This document shows, in pieces, positions 29,195 through 42,274 of a stretch of 64,000 nucleotides of DNA. The stretch lies in assembly GCA_964016885.1 (NCBI GenBank), contig OZ024743.1, positions 253,084,001-253,148,000 of the forward strand, given 5' to 3'. Below the pieces are notes generated by a model. It saw only the letters and a list, made by a program, of their open reading frames with translations. It made no database searches and had not been told where the DNA came from. Position numbers and translations under genes: made by a program. The stretch comes from Eledone cirrhosa (lineage: Eukaryota). Each line of letters begins with the position of its first letter. The stretch's first letter is position 1.

Positions 29195-29390
29195 TCCTTC
29201 TGGAATCAACACAAGGTCAGCAATCTGGGGAAAAGAGAAAGTTGATCATATCGACACTATTACTTAACTCGTATGTGAATGAACCAAACTCGAAAAAATG
29301 AAAAGCAAAGTTGACCTAGATAGGATTTCAACTCAGAACGTAAAGAGCTGCAACGAAACGTCTTAAGGAGTCTGACAATTCATCGTCCTA
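29195..29390 (-). mobile_element. Old diverged SINE family A relative
   Basis: ATGAAAAGCAAAGTTGACC..GGATTTCAACTCAGAACGTAAAG. Confidence 0.6.
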
Positions 29391-29881
29391 AGTATTAATA
29401 AAATAATATATAACAATTCAAAATTCAATCAAATTTCGTACATGTCTGTTCCTTTGTAAAAGTTTGAAAACACTGTAACATATTTCGATAGAATAAGCTA
29501 TTGTAGATGAATGCAATGAATTGTAATTAATTAAGAATTCATGACCGGAGATATACCTGTATTTCTAGAATTGTTAACATTACATATAACAAAAACGATG
29601 ACACAAGTAGAGATGTAAAGTATTGCTAGACAATTTTTAGTCATTATATATTTATCGTCATGTTTACAAAGGAAGAGAAAACGGCCAAAGCAACCAGCAT
29701 ATGGGGAAATCCGAGATATAGGAAATATGGCATAAAGCAGGCAGCACCAACGAGCCTACGATTTTATCAAGAGTTGAAAGCCCGAGCAAGCAGTGTATTG
29801 TATACCCCCACCACACACACTGACACACAGACACAAACACACATACACAGACACACACACACACACACACACATACACACG

Positions 29882-29962
<81 letters not shown>

Positions 29963-30223
29963 TAATATGTTTTTTTCAACATCACACACGGGTCAAAGTG
30001 TAGGGAAAAGAATTTGAAAATACAACTAGAGTCTCTTAAGGATATCTATTTACTTTACTGGTTTCAAATTCATTGATTCTCAAAAGTAAAATTAAGATAG
30101 AGGATTTGTGTTTCGTTTCTGGTGTGTCTTGCATCTCACTGGAGAGTTCGAAATCATTTTTGTTTCATACTAAAAAAAGGTGGCTCAGATTATTATTTGT
30201 TTAAAGCGCAATGTTATTCGTTG

Positions 30224-30520
30224 GTGACACTCGGGTGATTAGGCACGGTAATTTTTTCGCCAAAAATGGATGGTCAGAAAGTGAAAGAATAGAAAAAAAA
30301 TTGGGGTGTTATGGTTCAGTGAGTATAGCCAATGACAATGTCAAATTTTACGATGTGTCTGGCTCCACTTGTTATTTGTTTAAAATGCAACTGTTTTTGT
30401 TGATGACAGCCACGTGATCAGGCATAGTAATTTTTGCGCCAAAAATGGATAGTCAGAAAGTGAAAGAATAGAAGAAAATTTGTAGTGTCATGGTTCATTG
30501 AGTATGGTTAATGTCAAAGT
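30224..30520. repeat. Imperfect tandem duplication, period about 180 bp
   Basis: CGCCAAAAATGGAT.GTCAGAAAGTGAAAGAATAGAA occurs twice. Confidence 0.75.
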
Positions 30521-30810
30521 GATGAGGAGTGTCAGAATTTAGGAGGTATCAAATTTCAGAATTTCTATTGTAGTAGACTCGTAAACAATTGAATGTACAA
30601 GAAGTTGGTTTATATGACAGAGCCCCATGATGATATAAGATGGTGATGGTGACGGCAATGGTGATAGCAGGGTAGTAAGAATTTGTATTTGTGTGTGGAT
30701 GTGTGTGTTGTGGGTGCTGAATGGTATTTGTGTGTATGTGTTGGAGTAGTTGTTGGAAAATAAATATAATGTGTTTGTATGTGTGGGTGTGAGTGTGCCT
30801 GCCTTAATAT

Positions 30811-31024
30811 TTATTTCTATTTTAGGTACAAGGCCATCAATTTGAAGGGGAGGAGAAAAGTCGATTAAAACGACTACAGTGCATTACTGGTACGTTAGTT
30901 TATCGACCCCGTAAGAATGAAAGGCAAAGCTAACGTCAGCGGCATTTGAACATAGAGTGTAAAGGGCACAACTCTATGTTGCAAAGTATCATGTCTAAGG
31001 CTCTACCGATATTGCCAATCCATC
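30811..31024 (-). mobile_element. tRNA-derived SINE family A (older)
   Basis: TTTATCGACCCCGTAAGAATGAAAGGCAAAG..GATATTGCCAAT. Confidence 0.75.
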
Positions 31025-31029
31025 GCCTT

Positions 31030-31488
31030 AACGATAACATTCCTGTACACTGCCTACATTCGTCATTTCACGTGCGCACGCTCACGCAAGCATCCACACT
31101 TACACAGCAGCCAGCCTGTCAGAGTTCAACCCCTCCCCTTCAAATGTAGGAACAAACCTTCAGGAACACACACACTCATATAGACATATCCATCCCACAT
31201 ATACATTGATTACCTCCATTCCTAAACATTCTATTCACCAGCTATAAAAAAATGGCTGACTGAATAAGCACGTGTGTTTCTTTTCACCACTTTTTTTCCT
31301 CATTTCCTCCCGATTCTTCCTCTTATCACTATTTTCTTTCTATTCATCTTGTATTTCTAAATCAGTCATCTGATGAAGGACTAGTGTTCGAAGGGCTAAG
31401 ACACTCTTCTATTATTTCAAGCGTTAAACTAACATACTTTTTTCCATGTGCTGTGTCGTTCGTTTTGTTATTTCTGTTTAACTTCTAC
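31030..31488 (+). mobile_element. PLE 3' UTR remnant with a degenerate HHR near 31370
   Basis: CTGATGAA GGAC-tagt-GTTC GAAG; the tail AGCGTTAAACTAA resembles the PLE tail at 58880-58950. Confidence 0.5.
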
Positions 31489-31490
31489 GC

Positions 31491-31522
<32 letters not shown>

Positions 31523-31551
31523 CCACACACACCCACCCACACACACACACA

Positions 31552-31644
<93 letters not shown>

Positions 31645-31671
31645 ATACGTATCTATCTATCTATCTATCTA

Positions 31672-32515
31672 ACGCGCTCGGAGAAACTCTAAGCGGAGTG
31701 GAGGACGAACTGGCCAGTCTGTTCGGTAGGACCTTCCGCCCGGGACCATTGGACAACTTCCAAAAGTCCCTGACCTGGCAGTGCTACCGAGGAGCTCTAC
31801 CAGTTCGAGACAAGCTCTACAGACACGGGCGCGCCCGGGCAGGGACCCTTCGAAAAAGATCTGTCCGAGATGCGTGCGCAATGAGGAAACCGTCGCGCAC
31901 GCATTTGTACACTGCCCGGGCGTTACCGACCTGTGGGGCTATGTAGAACGACTATTGTCGCGGATGGGACCAATCCGGTTGACCACCGAGTCCATTGTCA
32001 TGTTCAAACCGCCACTCTCCTTCGAAATCGAAAGAGAGGCGGTTTTGCTATATGTTATGGCTATGGCGAAAGAGGTTATATGGTGGACGAGGTTAAAGGG
32101 CTGAGTTCAAACACCTTTCACTCCGGCGAGCAACTGATTCGTTTTTTCAAATATCATTTTGAAAGAAGAATCAGGATGGAGAGAGAGGTGCTGTACCCCA
32201 GCAAATTTTATAAAAGGTGGATGAATGTGGCAAAGATGGCCCGAGTAGTTGGGCCTTCTCTCTATATCAGCCTGTAGGTTGAGGAAAAAGCGGAAGAGAG
32301 GAAGGGATTACTCACTCTTGGTGCTACTGGAGATGAGGGTTGTACATTTTTTCGGGGTGTGTACAACCCCTGTCTAACGCCTCCCTCCTATTGGGGATTT
32401 CAATTGTTATTTGTTATTTTATTAATAGTTTTATTTTCATATACCTGTATTTAAACTCCCTATTTGTATTTGTCCCCATTTGTATTTGTGCCCTTCTGGC
32501 TAATAAAGAAATTTA
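31672..32515 (+). mobile_element. 5'-truncated Tx1-like LINE, sister family of 3547-9390, in (TATC)n
   Basis: FRPGPLDNFQKSLTWQCYRGALPVRDKLYRH..CPRC..ETVAHAFVHC; 3' end CCCTTCTGGCTAATAAAGAAATT(TATC)n; 5' flank (ATCT)n. Confidence 0.88.
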
Positions 32516-32549
32516 TCTATCTATCTATCTATCCATCTCTCTATCTATA

Positions 32550-32595
<46 letters not shown>

Positions 32596-32762
32596 AAGAG
32601 TGTATAACATGGTCAACAGTACAAAAAGTTTTTTTTTACAGTATCAACAATTGTTTCGTTGATTAGGTTGTCTAAAAATTGCTAATCACTTGAAGTTGTC
32701 TATATATATATATGTATACATAAACACGCACACACACACACACACACACACATACACGCACG

Positions 32763-32815
<53 letters not shown>

Positions 32816-32848
32816 AGAATATTTTCGAAACAGCGAGGGAGTCTGAAA

Positions 32849-33059
32849 TTAGAAATATAAGCTATCGCCGTATTTTGACTAAAGAACTTATTTAGCCTGA
32901 TAGTGGGATTAAGAACCCTCGGAGAAATAGAAAAAGATGAGTATTGACGTGCATGTACGTCAATACTCATCTTTTATCATTTCTCCGAGGGTTCTTAACC
33001 CTATTATCAGGATAAATAATTTCTTTAGTCAAAATACGACGATAGCTTATATTTCTAAT
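32849..33059. repeat. Palindrome of about 210 bp with no loop, in TA-rich flanks
   Basis: Centre GAGTATTGACGTGCA|TGTACGTCAATACTC; arms pair out to TTAGAAATATAAGC/GCTTATATTTCTAA. Confidence 0.9.
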
Positions 33060-33331
33060 ATATATACATATATATATCTCAAAGGTATATATTGAGTTAG
33101 GAACTGAAAATAGTCTATTGCAACAAAATAACTCTAAGAAAGAGATATTTCCGAGCCGTATAGAATATAAAAGAATAACGAACACAGACATAAGCATATA
33201 TGTGTTCAAATCGTAAGGGACCAGATTCGCTAAGGTGAAAAGAATACTAACTATAGACAATTGGGTTCGCTTGTCTCAATTTAAGAAAGAATCAAGAAAA
33301 TAAATACAAACCGGAATTGTGGTAACTACCG

Positions 33332-33406
33332 ATCACCCAGACAACTTGTTGTTTCGCAATGTTAATTGTGAATATAATTACCAATTCAAGCTAATCAGTG
33401 GGTGAT
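33332..33406 (-). ncRNA. Type I HHR motif with a core substitution (CTGATTA)
   Basis: ATCACCCA CTGATTA GC..long stem II..GC GAAA CAAC-aa-GTTG TC TGGGTGAT; G8->U is probably inactivating. Confidence 0.7.
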
Positions 33407-34437
33407 GAATTAGTATCCTAGACACTTCTAAGTATGCTAAGAAACTGAATAGTGTGCTATATATAAACATTTTAGCGCACATGGCATCCTAGAGCGTCTC
33501 ACAAACTTACACCACTAAAAATAGCAGCCAGGTTTATTCGACATTTGAAATAGCTCAACAAATTAACGGAGCCGAATATATCAAAAGTATATATTGAGTT
33601 AGGAACTCAAAATAGTCTCTTACAACAAAATAGCTCTAAGAAAGAGATATTTCCGAGCCGTATATTATAATAGAATATAAAAGAAAAACGAACACAGACA
33701 TATACATATATGTGTTCAAATCGAAAGGGACCAGATTCTCTAAGGTGAAAAGAATACTAACTATAGACAATCGGGTTTTGTCTGGGTGATCGGTAGTTGC
33801 CACAATTCCGGTTTGTATTTATTTTCTTGATTTTTTCTTAAATTGAGACAAGCAACACACCCAATTGTCTATAGTTATTATTCTTTTCACCTTAGTGAAT
33901 CTGGTCCCTTTCGATTTGAACACATATATGTATATATCTGTGTTCGTTTTTGTTTTATATTCAATTATAATATACGGCTCGGAAATATCTCTTTCTTAGA
34001 GCTATTTTGTTGTAAGAGACTATTTTGAGTTCCTAACTCAATATATACTTTTGATATATTCGGCTCCGTTAATTTGTTGAGCTATTTCAAATGTCGAATA
34101 AACCTGGCTGCTATTTTTAGTAGTGTAAGTTTGTGAAACGCACTAGGATGCCATGTGCGCTAAAATGTTTATATATAGCGCACTATTCAGTTTTTTTATA
34201 TACTTAGAAGTGTCTAGGATACTAATCCATCACTTCAATTGGTAATTATATTCCCAATTAACATTGCGAAACGACAAATTATCTGGGTGATCGGTAGCTA
34301 CCACAATTCCGGTTTGTATTTAATTTCTTGATTTTTTTCATTAAGACAAGCAACAAACCCAATTGTCTATAGTTAGTATTCTTTTCACCTTAGAAAATCT
34401 GGTCCCTTACGATTTGAACACATATATGTATATGCCT

Positions 34438-34660
34438 TGTGAAGGCGTGTGGCTGAGTGGTTAGAGAATTGGATTCGCAATCGTAAGGTTGTGAGTTCGA
34501 TTCCTGGACCAGGTGATGCGTTATGTCCTTGAGCAAGACACTTTATTTCACATTGCTCTTTCTACCTGGAGTTCCGACCGATAGATAGTATTAGCAATTG
34601 GAAAGACCAACGGAAACATTGTTCCCTCGGTCCGATTTGACGAAAGTCGATCGTTCCTTT
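34438..34660 (+). mobile_element. tRNA-derived SINE family B
   Basis: TGGCTGAGTGG (A box), GAGTTCGATTCC (B box), GTCCTTGAGCAAGACACTT central motif; flanked by ATGTATATG. Confidence 0.8.
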
Positions 34661-34700
34661 ATGTATATGTCTGTGTTCGTTTTTCTTTTATATTCTATTA

Positions 34701-34753
<53 letters not shown>

Positions 34754-34953
34754 ATCCTTTTAATTATTATGTTTCTCCTACACCTCTCTTAGCTTATATT
34801 CTCTTCACGCTGGTGGTTAAAATCCTGTAAATGAAAACACACCCTCCTGTGTTATTCCTCTCTATATATAGTACATTAAAGAGCCCTCATCGAATTACAG
34901 GATTATACGCGAGTCCTTTACTCCGTTATTTTACACACACACACACACACACA

Positions 34954-35026
<73 letters not shown>

Positions 35027-35075
35027 CAGAAAATTCTGGCAATATTATTACAACAATATGACCCTCCCCAAGAAT

Positions 35076-35125
<50 letters not shown>

Positions 35126-35129
<4 letters not shown>

Positions 35130-35671
35130 ATAATAATAAATTTGAAGACTAAAATCCAAAGAGAGCTCGATAAGGATAAATATATATCAAATATATACGA
35201 ACCGTAGAGCAAATATTTATTAAGATAACAGATTAAAGTTTAAGCAAAAATCGCTGCTTTCACCCTTAACGGGATCTTCTGAAACTAACAATGTCAATCT
35301 ATGAACGCAGAAGTGAATATTTCATAAAACGTTGCAACCGGAGGAAGGTGGGAAGACGATACTTTGGTTCGTGGAAACGTTCCTTTCACAAAAGATACAG
35401 GTAATATATACTTACCTATACAAGTAAGTAATGGTATAAACATAACATATTCTTAGCTACCTCATCAAGACGTAAAATATCCACGTATGTTTTGCGAAAG
35501 GAACGTTACCACGAACCTATGTATCGTGTTCCTGTCTTCCTCCGGTTGCAACGTTTTTTGAAATATTCTCTTCTGCGTTCACAGATTGACTTTGTTAGTT
35601 TCAGAAGATCCCGTTAATGGTGAAAGCACCGATTCTTTGCTTAAACTTTAATCTGTTATTTTAATAAATAA

Positions 35672-35672
<1 letters not shown>
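35126..35672. mobile_element. Fold-back element (family X) in (TA)n
   Basis: Arms about 35212-35398 and 35485-35670; other copies at about 40120-40225 plus 40895-41141 (+) and 48120-48283 (-); HHR-like CAGAAGA T CCC-gttaa-GGG T GAAA. Confidence 0.8.
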
Positions 35673-35753
<81 letters not shown>

Positions 35754-35760
35754 ATATATT

Positions 35761-35828
<68 letters not shown>

Positions 35829-35838
35829 TATACATATA

Positions 35839-38800
35839 ACTTTGATCAGTTTAATAGGTTTGGGCCCAGGCCATGTCAAACTTAATAGCACCACATGGCG
35901 AAGTCTTTCAAATCAGTATTTGGACACCATGGCCTACTCAAGAAGGGAGTTATTTTTGCGGAGACATATTCGAATGTAGGAGGTTCATCCGGGATTTCTT
36001 GAAAGAATTTGTCCGAAGACTTCTTGAACATTATGGGGTCTGTTTCTGTATTAATGTGTTTTGGTGTAATGTTGAAGAGCGCGGTGCCAATTAAGGTGAA
36101 CAAATTGTACCGTATTGTTGTTATGATATGCAACTTTGATTTTTGTTGTGGGCGGATAGCACGGGTCCCAAGCCTTGGGTGTAGTTTAAAGGTGATACCA
36201 ACATCATTTGGGAAATGCTGATGAAATATTTTCCACATCATGCAGATAATGTATTGCTAACGGCAGCGTTGGAGAGAACAAAATTCGAGTTTTACTAGTC
36301 AACCCCAACAGTAAAGGCCTGACATGCCATCTATTTTTTTCGTGATTCACCTTTGAGGAGCTTCAATTTTCATGATATTTTGTTTTGTGTGGGGAGTCCA
36401 CAGTGGACAACAGTATTCAAGATGAGATCGGGCAAACGTGGAGAAGATAAGGATAATAGTGTGGATATCTCTCCTCTGGAAGGTTCTGAGAATCCAGGAA
36501 CACATTCTGCGAACCATATCAAATTTGCTGTTTGTATGAGTGGCCCAGCTCATGTTGTTGTCCACAATTACTCACAAGTCTCTGATGTTGTTTGATCCCT
36601 CGTGAATTTCACCTGAAGGTAGGGAGTCTGGACATTTCAAGGCATCCGCTTTTCCAAAGTGGATTAAATAAAATTTATCCTCGTTCAGCAGCATATTGTT
36701 CTTTATCGTCAATTGGATAACAGCCAGTAGATCTGATTGGAGGTATATCCGGTAACCCACGCCATTGATAATCTTCTGGAGCTTGGAATCATCTGCGAAG
36801 ACTCTTATGCTGCTGTGGTTGATGATGTCAGTAATGTCATTAATGTAGATGATGAAAAGACGTGGTCCAACACAGTGCCTTGTGAGACACCACTACTGAC
36901 TTTGGCTGAACTGGATTTTACTCCTTCGACTAAACATGTTGGGCTCTGTTTGACAAGAAACACTTGATCCACTGCAGCAAATTTCCAGTGACACCAATGG
37001 TGGATAGTTTTCTCAGTAGAATGTTGTGATAAACCCTGTCAAAGGACTTTCTGAAATTAAGGTAGCTCACATCATTGCTGGAGCCCTCTCCCAAAGCTCT
37101 CAAAATGTCCTCAAAGTTATGCAGTTGCTACGTTAGGCAACCCTTCTATTACGGAACCCATGTTGGATGGAGTTCTGCAGATTGTTGCTTAATGATATGA
37201 GAGGTGAGTGAGATCGGACGGTAATTGACGGCAAGGGATTTGTTTCCCTTTTTGAAAATTAGCACAGCAGACTGGCATAGTAATTTCTCTGCTATGTATC
37301 CAGAATCAAGTGAGTTACTCCACAGACTAGCAAGATATGTCGACACACCTTCAGGACACAAGCAGGAAACATATCGGAGACTTGTGCTGAATCGTGTTTA
37401 GTTTCTTTTATTGCCGCTAACAAATCAGAGGCACCAAATGTTTTGTCCGATATACTGTATTGGGGATTAACATCACTGATACAACCAGGATCGGTGAATA
37501 TCAGGATTGCTGAAAGCAGAGCAGTATTGTTTCTGCACTATCTGACCAATGATTTTAACATTATCTTGGAGAGTGCCATTTTGATCAATTAGAGGGCCAA
37601 CATTGGAGCTAGTGACTTTGTGCTTTTTCGCAAAGGAAAAGAACACTTTGAGATCGTGTTTCATTTTCTCAATGGCCCAGGCCTCTTCAGCTGTTCTTTG
37701 ATTGTTGATGGTGGACATCATGCTGTTTTGGAGGTTGTGGCTTTTCGAATCTAGTGATGTAATGCCAGTCAAATGAGTGTGTTGATGCTGGCAGTATTTC
37801 AATTTGTTGATTTTTTTTGTTAATTCTTTCAATTTTTTTTATGAGTGTTCTTCTATTTCTAAGGATTCTGCAATTAGATTTGTTTATAAATCTTAAAAGA
37901 GTATGTTTTGCACATATATGTGTTACAATGTCTAAAAATATCTGCCAGGATTTTTTATGTTAGTGGATGTGTGAGTGTGTGTGAAATACCAATCAACATG
38001 TGCAAGAGCATGACTGATCGCTTCCCAGTTTGCATTATGATGATCGATGGTGTCAAATGAATGAGCTGGAGAGATGTTATCGGATTTACCTTTTGGACGG
38101 TGGAAACCTCAGATCACAGAGAGCCATGTCATGATCTGAGAGTAATGTTTTTTTCCACTGCAATATTGTGGGTAGTGTCAGTGTGGTTACTGAACATTAG
38201 GTACAACAGGTTTTTGTGGCACCTTGTTGGTTCTAGCTGAAGTTGGACAGGAAAACCTCATCCATGTAGGAGCGATTGTACTTCCTCCTTGTAAGGGGTT
38301 GAGGTGGGAAAAACTTGGTATCAAATTGTTTGTTGAGCAGTCAACACCGGGGGAGGTTGAATACCCCGTGATTAAGATGTTCCCAGGGTGACACTGTTGG
38401 ATGAAACACTTTATGCTGTTGGCGCATTACCTGAAGCATGGTAGAGGTGTTTGGGGTAGCCACTAGAGAACAAATACTGTTAAGATGTTGGTTTTACTCA
38501 ACACACTGACTGTTTCACAGCATCCACTGACAAATATATTCTTAGACTCTGTCGAAAAGGAATCATGTTAAAAAATGGCAGTCCTGCCCTTTCTTCTGCT
38601 AGCACAATCTGCACAGATAGCTTTAACATTCTTCACTCTCACTTCAGCTTCCAAGTGGAGGTTATTGAGATGGGTCTCGGTGAGGACGAAGAAAAAGATG
38701 TGGTGAGGATGATCAGCAACCAAATCCTCAAGAAATTTGATCTTCCATTCTTGAGTATTGGTGGAAAGGGTGATGCCTTGAGTATTAAACAAAAATGTTG

Positions 38801-38900
38801 AGGGTAGAGTGGTGGTTGATTTTAATTGATTTGGGGTTTCGTTTATTAATGGCAGCAATGGGAGTTTGTGCATTGGTGTGGAGGTGGAGGGTGGTGTTGG
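35839..38900 (-). mobile_element. Degenerate CR1/L2-group LINE (APE + RT)
   Basis: NTQ..VLTETHL (APE), IFKKGNKSLAVNYRPISLTSHIIK, SGVSQGTVLGPRLFIIYIND, RSHLEYCCPLWTP. Confidence 0.82.
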
Positions 38901-39006
38901 GTGATAGTTAGAATGTTTTTATTTTGTAGCTATTTTGGTAGATACATTATGATTAAAAGAGAGGTTTCCTGTTTATATATATATATATATGTGTGTGTAT
39001 ATATAT

Positions 39007-39070
<64 letters not shown>

Positions 39071-39077
<7 letters not shown>

Positions 39078-39462
39078 TAAACAAATAATGAACAAACAAT
39101 TCCTTATATTAAACAAAAAAAGTTCACTATTTAACGATCGTTTCTAGGGTATATATGTGTTATAATTGGTATGCATATTTAACAGATCTATGTACAAAAT
39201 TATACAAAATTATACAAATTATCAAGATTAAATATACATACCTAACTCATATATACGCCGTCTTCAGAAATAATAAACTTTTTTTGTTTAATATAAGGAA
39301 TTGTTTGTTCATTATTTGTTTAATATTTTATCTTGACTCTGTATACCGTTTATCTTTCACCGAAAGTGGATTTTCATTACATCTCTTCTTTCCATGATAT
39401 CCGGAATACATTGAGTTCTTCATACGGATTGGACACTACCGTAAACTCTTGGTAGATTTATC

Positions 39463-39465
<3 letters not shown>
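39071..39465. mobile_element. Short fold-back element enclosing an HHR, in (TA)n
   Basis: Arms 39071-39124 and 39276-39329; the HHR fills the loop. Confidence 0.8.
39126..39274 (-). ncRNA. Type I HHR with an extended stem II of about 115 nt
   Basis: ATTATTT CTGAAGA [GTATATATGAGTTA/TAACACATATATAC and GGTATGTATATTTAA/TTAAATATGCATACC] GAAA CGATCG TT AAATAGT. Confidence 0.72.
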
Positions 39466-39501
<36 letters not shown>

Positions 39502-39546
39502 GTATATATATATATACATACAAACACACACACGCCACACGCACAC

Positions 39547-39588
<42 letters not shown>

Positions 39589-39606
39589 ACACACACACAC
39601 ACACAC

Positions 39607-39652
<46 letters not shown>

Positions 39653-39737
39653 ACATATGTTTATTGATATATATTTCGGACGCGAGATATCAAATAATAG
39701 AATGAGAAATAAAATATGAAATAGAAAGGTATATATT

Positions 39738-39834
39738 TGTTTCTACTGTAGGCACAAGGCCAGCAATACCCAGTGCATTACTGGTACTTTATTTTATCGA
39801 CCCCGTAAGGATGAAAGGCAAAGTCAACCTCGGT
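39738..39834 (-). mobile_element. 5'-truncated SINE family A
   Basis: Family match; TSD ATAGAAAGGTATATATT. Confidence 0.85.
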
Positions 39835-40894
39835 ATATAGAAAGGTATATATTGAAATGTAGATGGAACGAAATATAACTATATCGACAAAAAACACGTT
39901 TGTATTTAGCGATGTACACATATATGTATATACTCACCTATATATATGTACATACATAGATACATATATGCTGAAGCCCTGGAAATACTCTACGCCAATG
40001 ATCACATCTTAAACAAAAAATCGGTTTGTAAACAAAAATTCGGCTTGTAAGCACAAATTGGATTTACACTTTTCTGTATTACAGCCCCACATTATATCCT
40101 AACAGTTAGTACGAACAATACGCGGATAATTTCCGTCTTGACGTGGTAGCTAAGTATATGTTATGTTTATACCATTACTTGTTTGTATAGGTAAGTATAT
40201 ATTACCTGTATGTTTTGTGGAGGTACTTATAAGTTCTCATACGTATATATGCTTGTATTTGTTATAGGTGTATATATTAAATATACTGGTATGTGTGTCT
40301 ATGGTTATGTGTATTGTGTATCTCGTGTTTGTGCGTGTATATTTGTACGTACGTGTTTGCAAGTATGGAAGGTGTGTATATGTGTACATTGGGTTTTGGT
40401 ATATATAAATTTGGTGAACATATGCGCATTTACCTGTAGGCACGTGTGCGCGCGCGTGATATACGTATTTATGTGTGTATATTTATATACATTTATATAA
40501 TTATACACATACACACATATATTTTTATATGTGTATTGGTGTATACGTTCGTATGTGTGCGCGTACATGTGCCTCGCGGGTTTACGCATGTGTGCGCGTG
40601 TTTATGTGTACGTGCATGTATATGCATGGTGTGTTTTTTCGCAAATGCTTGTTTATGTACGTATATAGATGTGTGTATGTATATATTTACTTTTATGATT
40701 TTAATAACCTCTGTCATTTTCGTTCAACTAATTTATTTACATTATTCTTAACCCGAAGCCGAGAATCATTCGGTTTCCTCAATAGAATATTAGTCTAATG
40801 ACTCCACTTATAGCATAAACGTGGTTTTGTCTTTGTGTATTTGTTCTCGACGCTCCACATAACGACGTATTATGTTCACGTTTTTCCGTTCATT

Positions 40895-41137
40895 GCCAGG
40901 GAACATCTTCATGAACCAAAGTATCGTCTTCCTGTTTTCCTTCGGTTGCAACGTTTTTCGAAATATTTACTTCTTCGTTCACAGAATTATTTTTTTTAGT
41001 ATCAGAAGATCCCGTTAAGGGTGAAAGCAGCAATTATTTGCTTAAACTTTAATCTGTTATGTTAATATATATTTGCTCTAGGGTTCTTATATATTTGATA
41101 CATATTTATCCTTATCGAGCCCTCTTTTTATTATTAT

Positions 41138-41141
<4 letters not shown>
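40895..41141 (+). mobile_element. Family X copy
   Basis: Matches 35500-35670 and the reverse complement of 35126-35380. Confidence 0.75.
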
Positions 41142-41196
<55 letters not shown>

Positions 41197-41285
41197 CACA
41201 CACACACATATACATATATGCAGATAATATATATATATACATACTTACATATGTGAAGATATATTTATCTCCCTCTTTCTCTCCC

Positions 41286-41403
<118 letters not shown>

Positions 41404-42274
41404 AACCAGTCGTTTTCATTATGAATATGTTTGCATTCAACCTTCACCTAAGTTGTTTTAGTAAACACATCTTGGTCTAACTACCAGACAATTGTGTATT
41501 CAGTGAGAGAGTAAGACTATGTTTATGTAAGACTGAGTTTTTGTATGTATGATAGAGAGAGAGAGAGTGTGTGTGTGTGGTATGTTTATGTGTGTGTTTG
41601 TGAAAGTATGTAGATACAGTGAGTAATTTCTGTGAGAAGACATTGATTTTGGTTGCAACTGCACTTAGTCCCATTGGCATAATTGTAGAGAATGGAAACT
41701 GGACATTATCGCCACGCTTAACACTATCAATGCAAGATTTATATTATTTGTATAATACGTCAGAAATAGGATTTAAGCATACGGTTATTGGGTACAGACT
41801 TTACAGACATTTTCAATTATTTTCCCATACACACACACATACACATATACTAATATGTCGGTCTATGTATGTATGTATGTATGTATGTATGTATGTATGT
41901 ATGTATGTATGTATGTATGTATGTATGTATGTATGTATGTATGCATATATATATATATATTTATGATGGCTGAAACTGGATTTCGAGTAATGCAATCGCT
42001 TCCTACTTAAACATAAGCATCATGTACGTTGCCTTTTAGTCCTATCACATATCAAGCGATTCTTACTCTTGAAGCTATTTTAAGTGAGGAAATGCTTTGC
42101 ACGGGGCCAATCCCACTCTCTGAATATCGAAAGTATTTACTAAAAAAGTAGAACTGGTTTACATCATTGGACGCAAACGACGTTGAGAGTTTTATATGAG
42201 AGTGTTCTTCTCCCAGAGAGATGTTTTAATGATGATTAGGTGTCTCTCGCACCATTAAAAATGAAAATATTTAT

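Larger units (their letters stand above)
33077..34705. mobile_element. Divergent tandem arrays of an HHR-bearing monomer of about 501 bp (retrozyme-like or tandem pLTRs)
   Basis: Period 502 on the left (33091/33593) and 501 on the right (33781/34282); the two halves are reverse complements; a SINE is inserted at 34438. Confidence 0.8.

Noticed and set aside
29660-29815. Short ORF MFTKEEKTAK.. as a host exon or peptide
   Set aside because: No recognisable domain or convincing splice pattern; it runs into (CA)n.
34438-34510. tRNA gene at SINE heads (also 50916 and 47425)
   Set aside because: A/B boxes are present but there is no complete cloverleaf, and each is followed by a SINE body.
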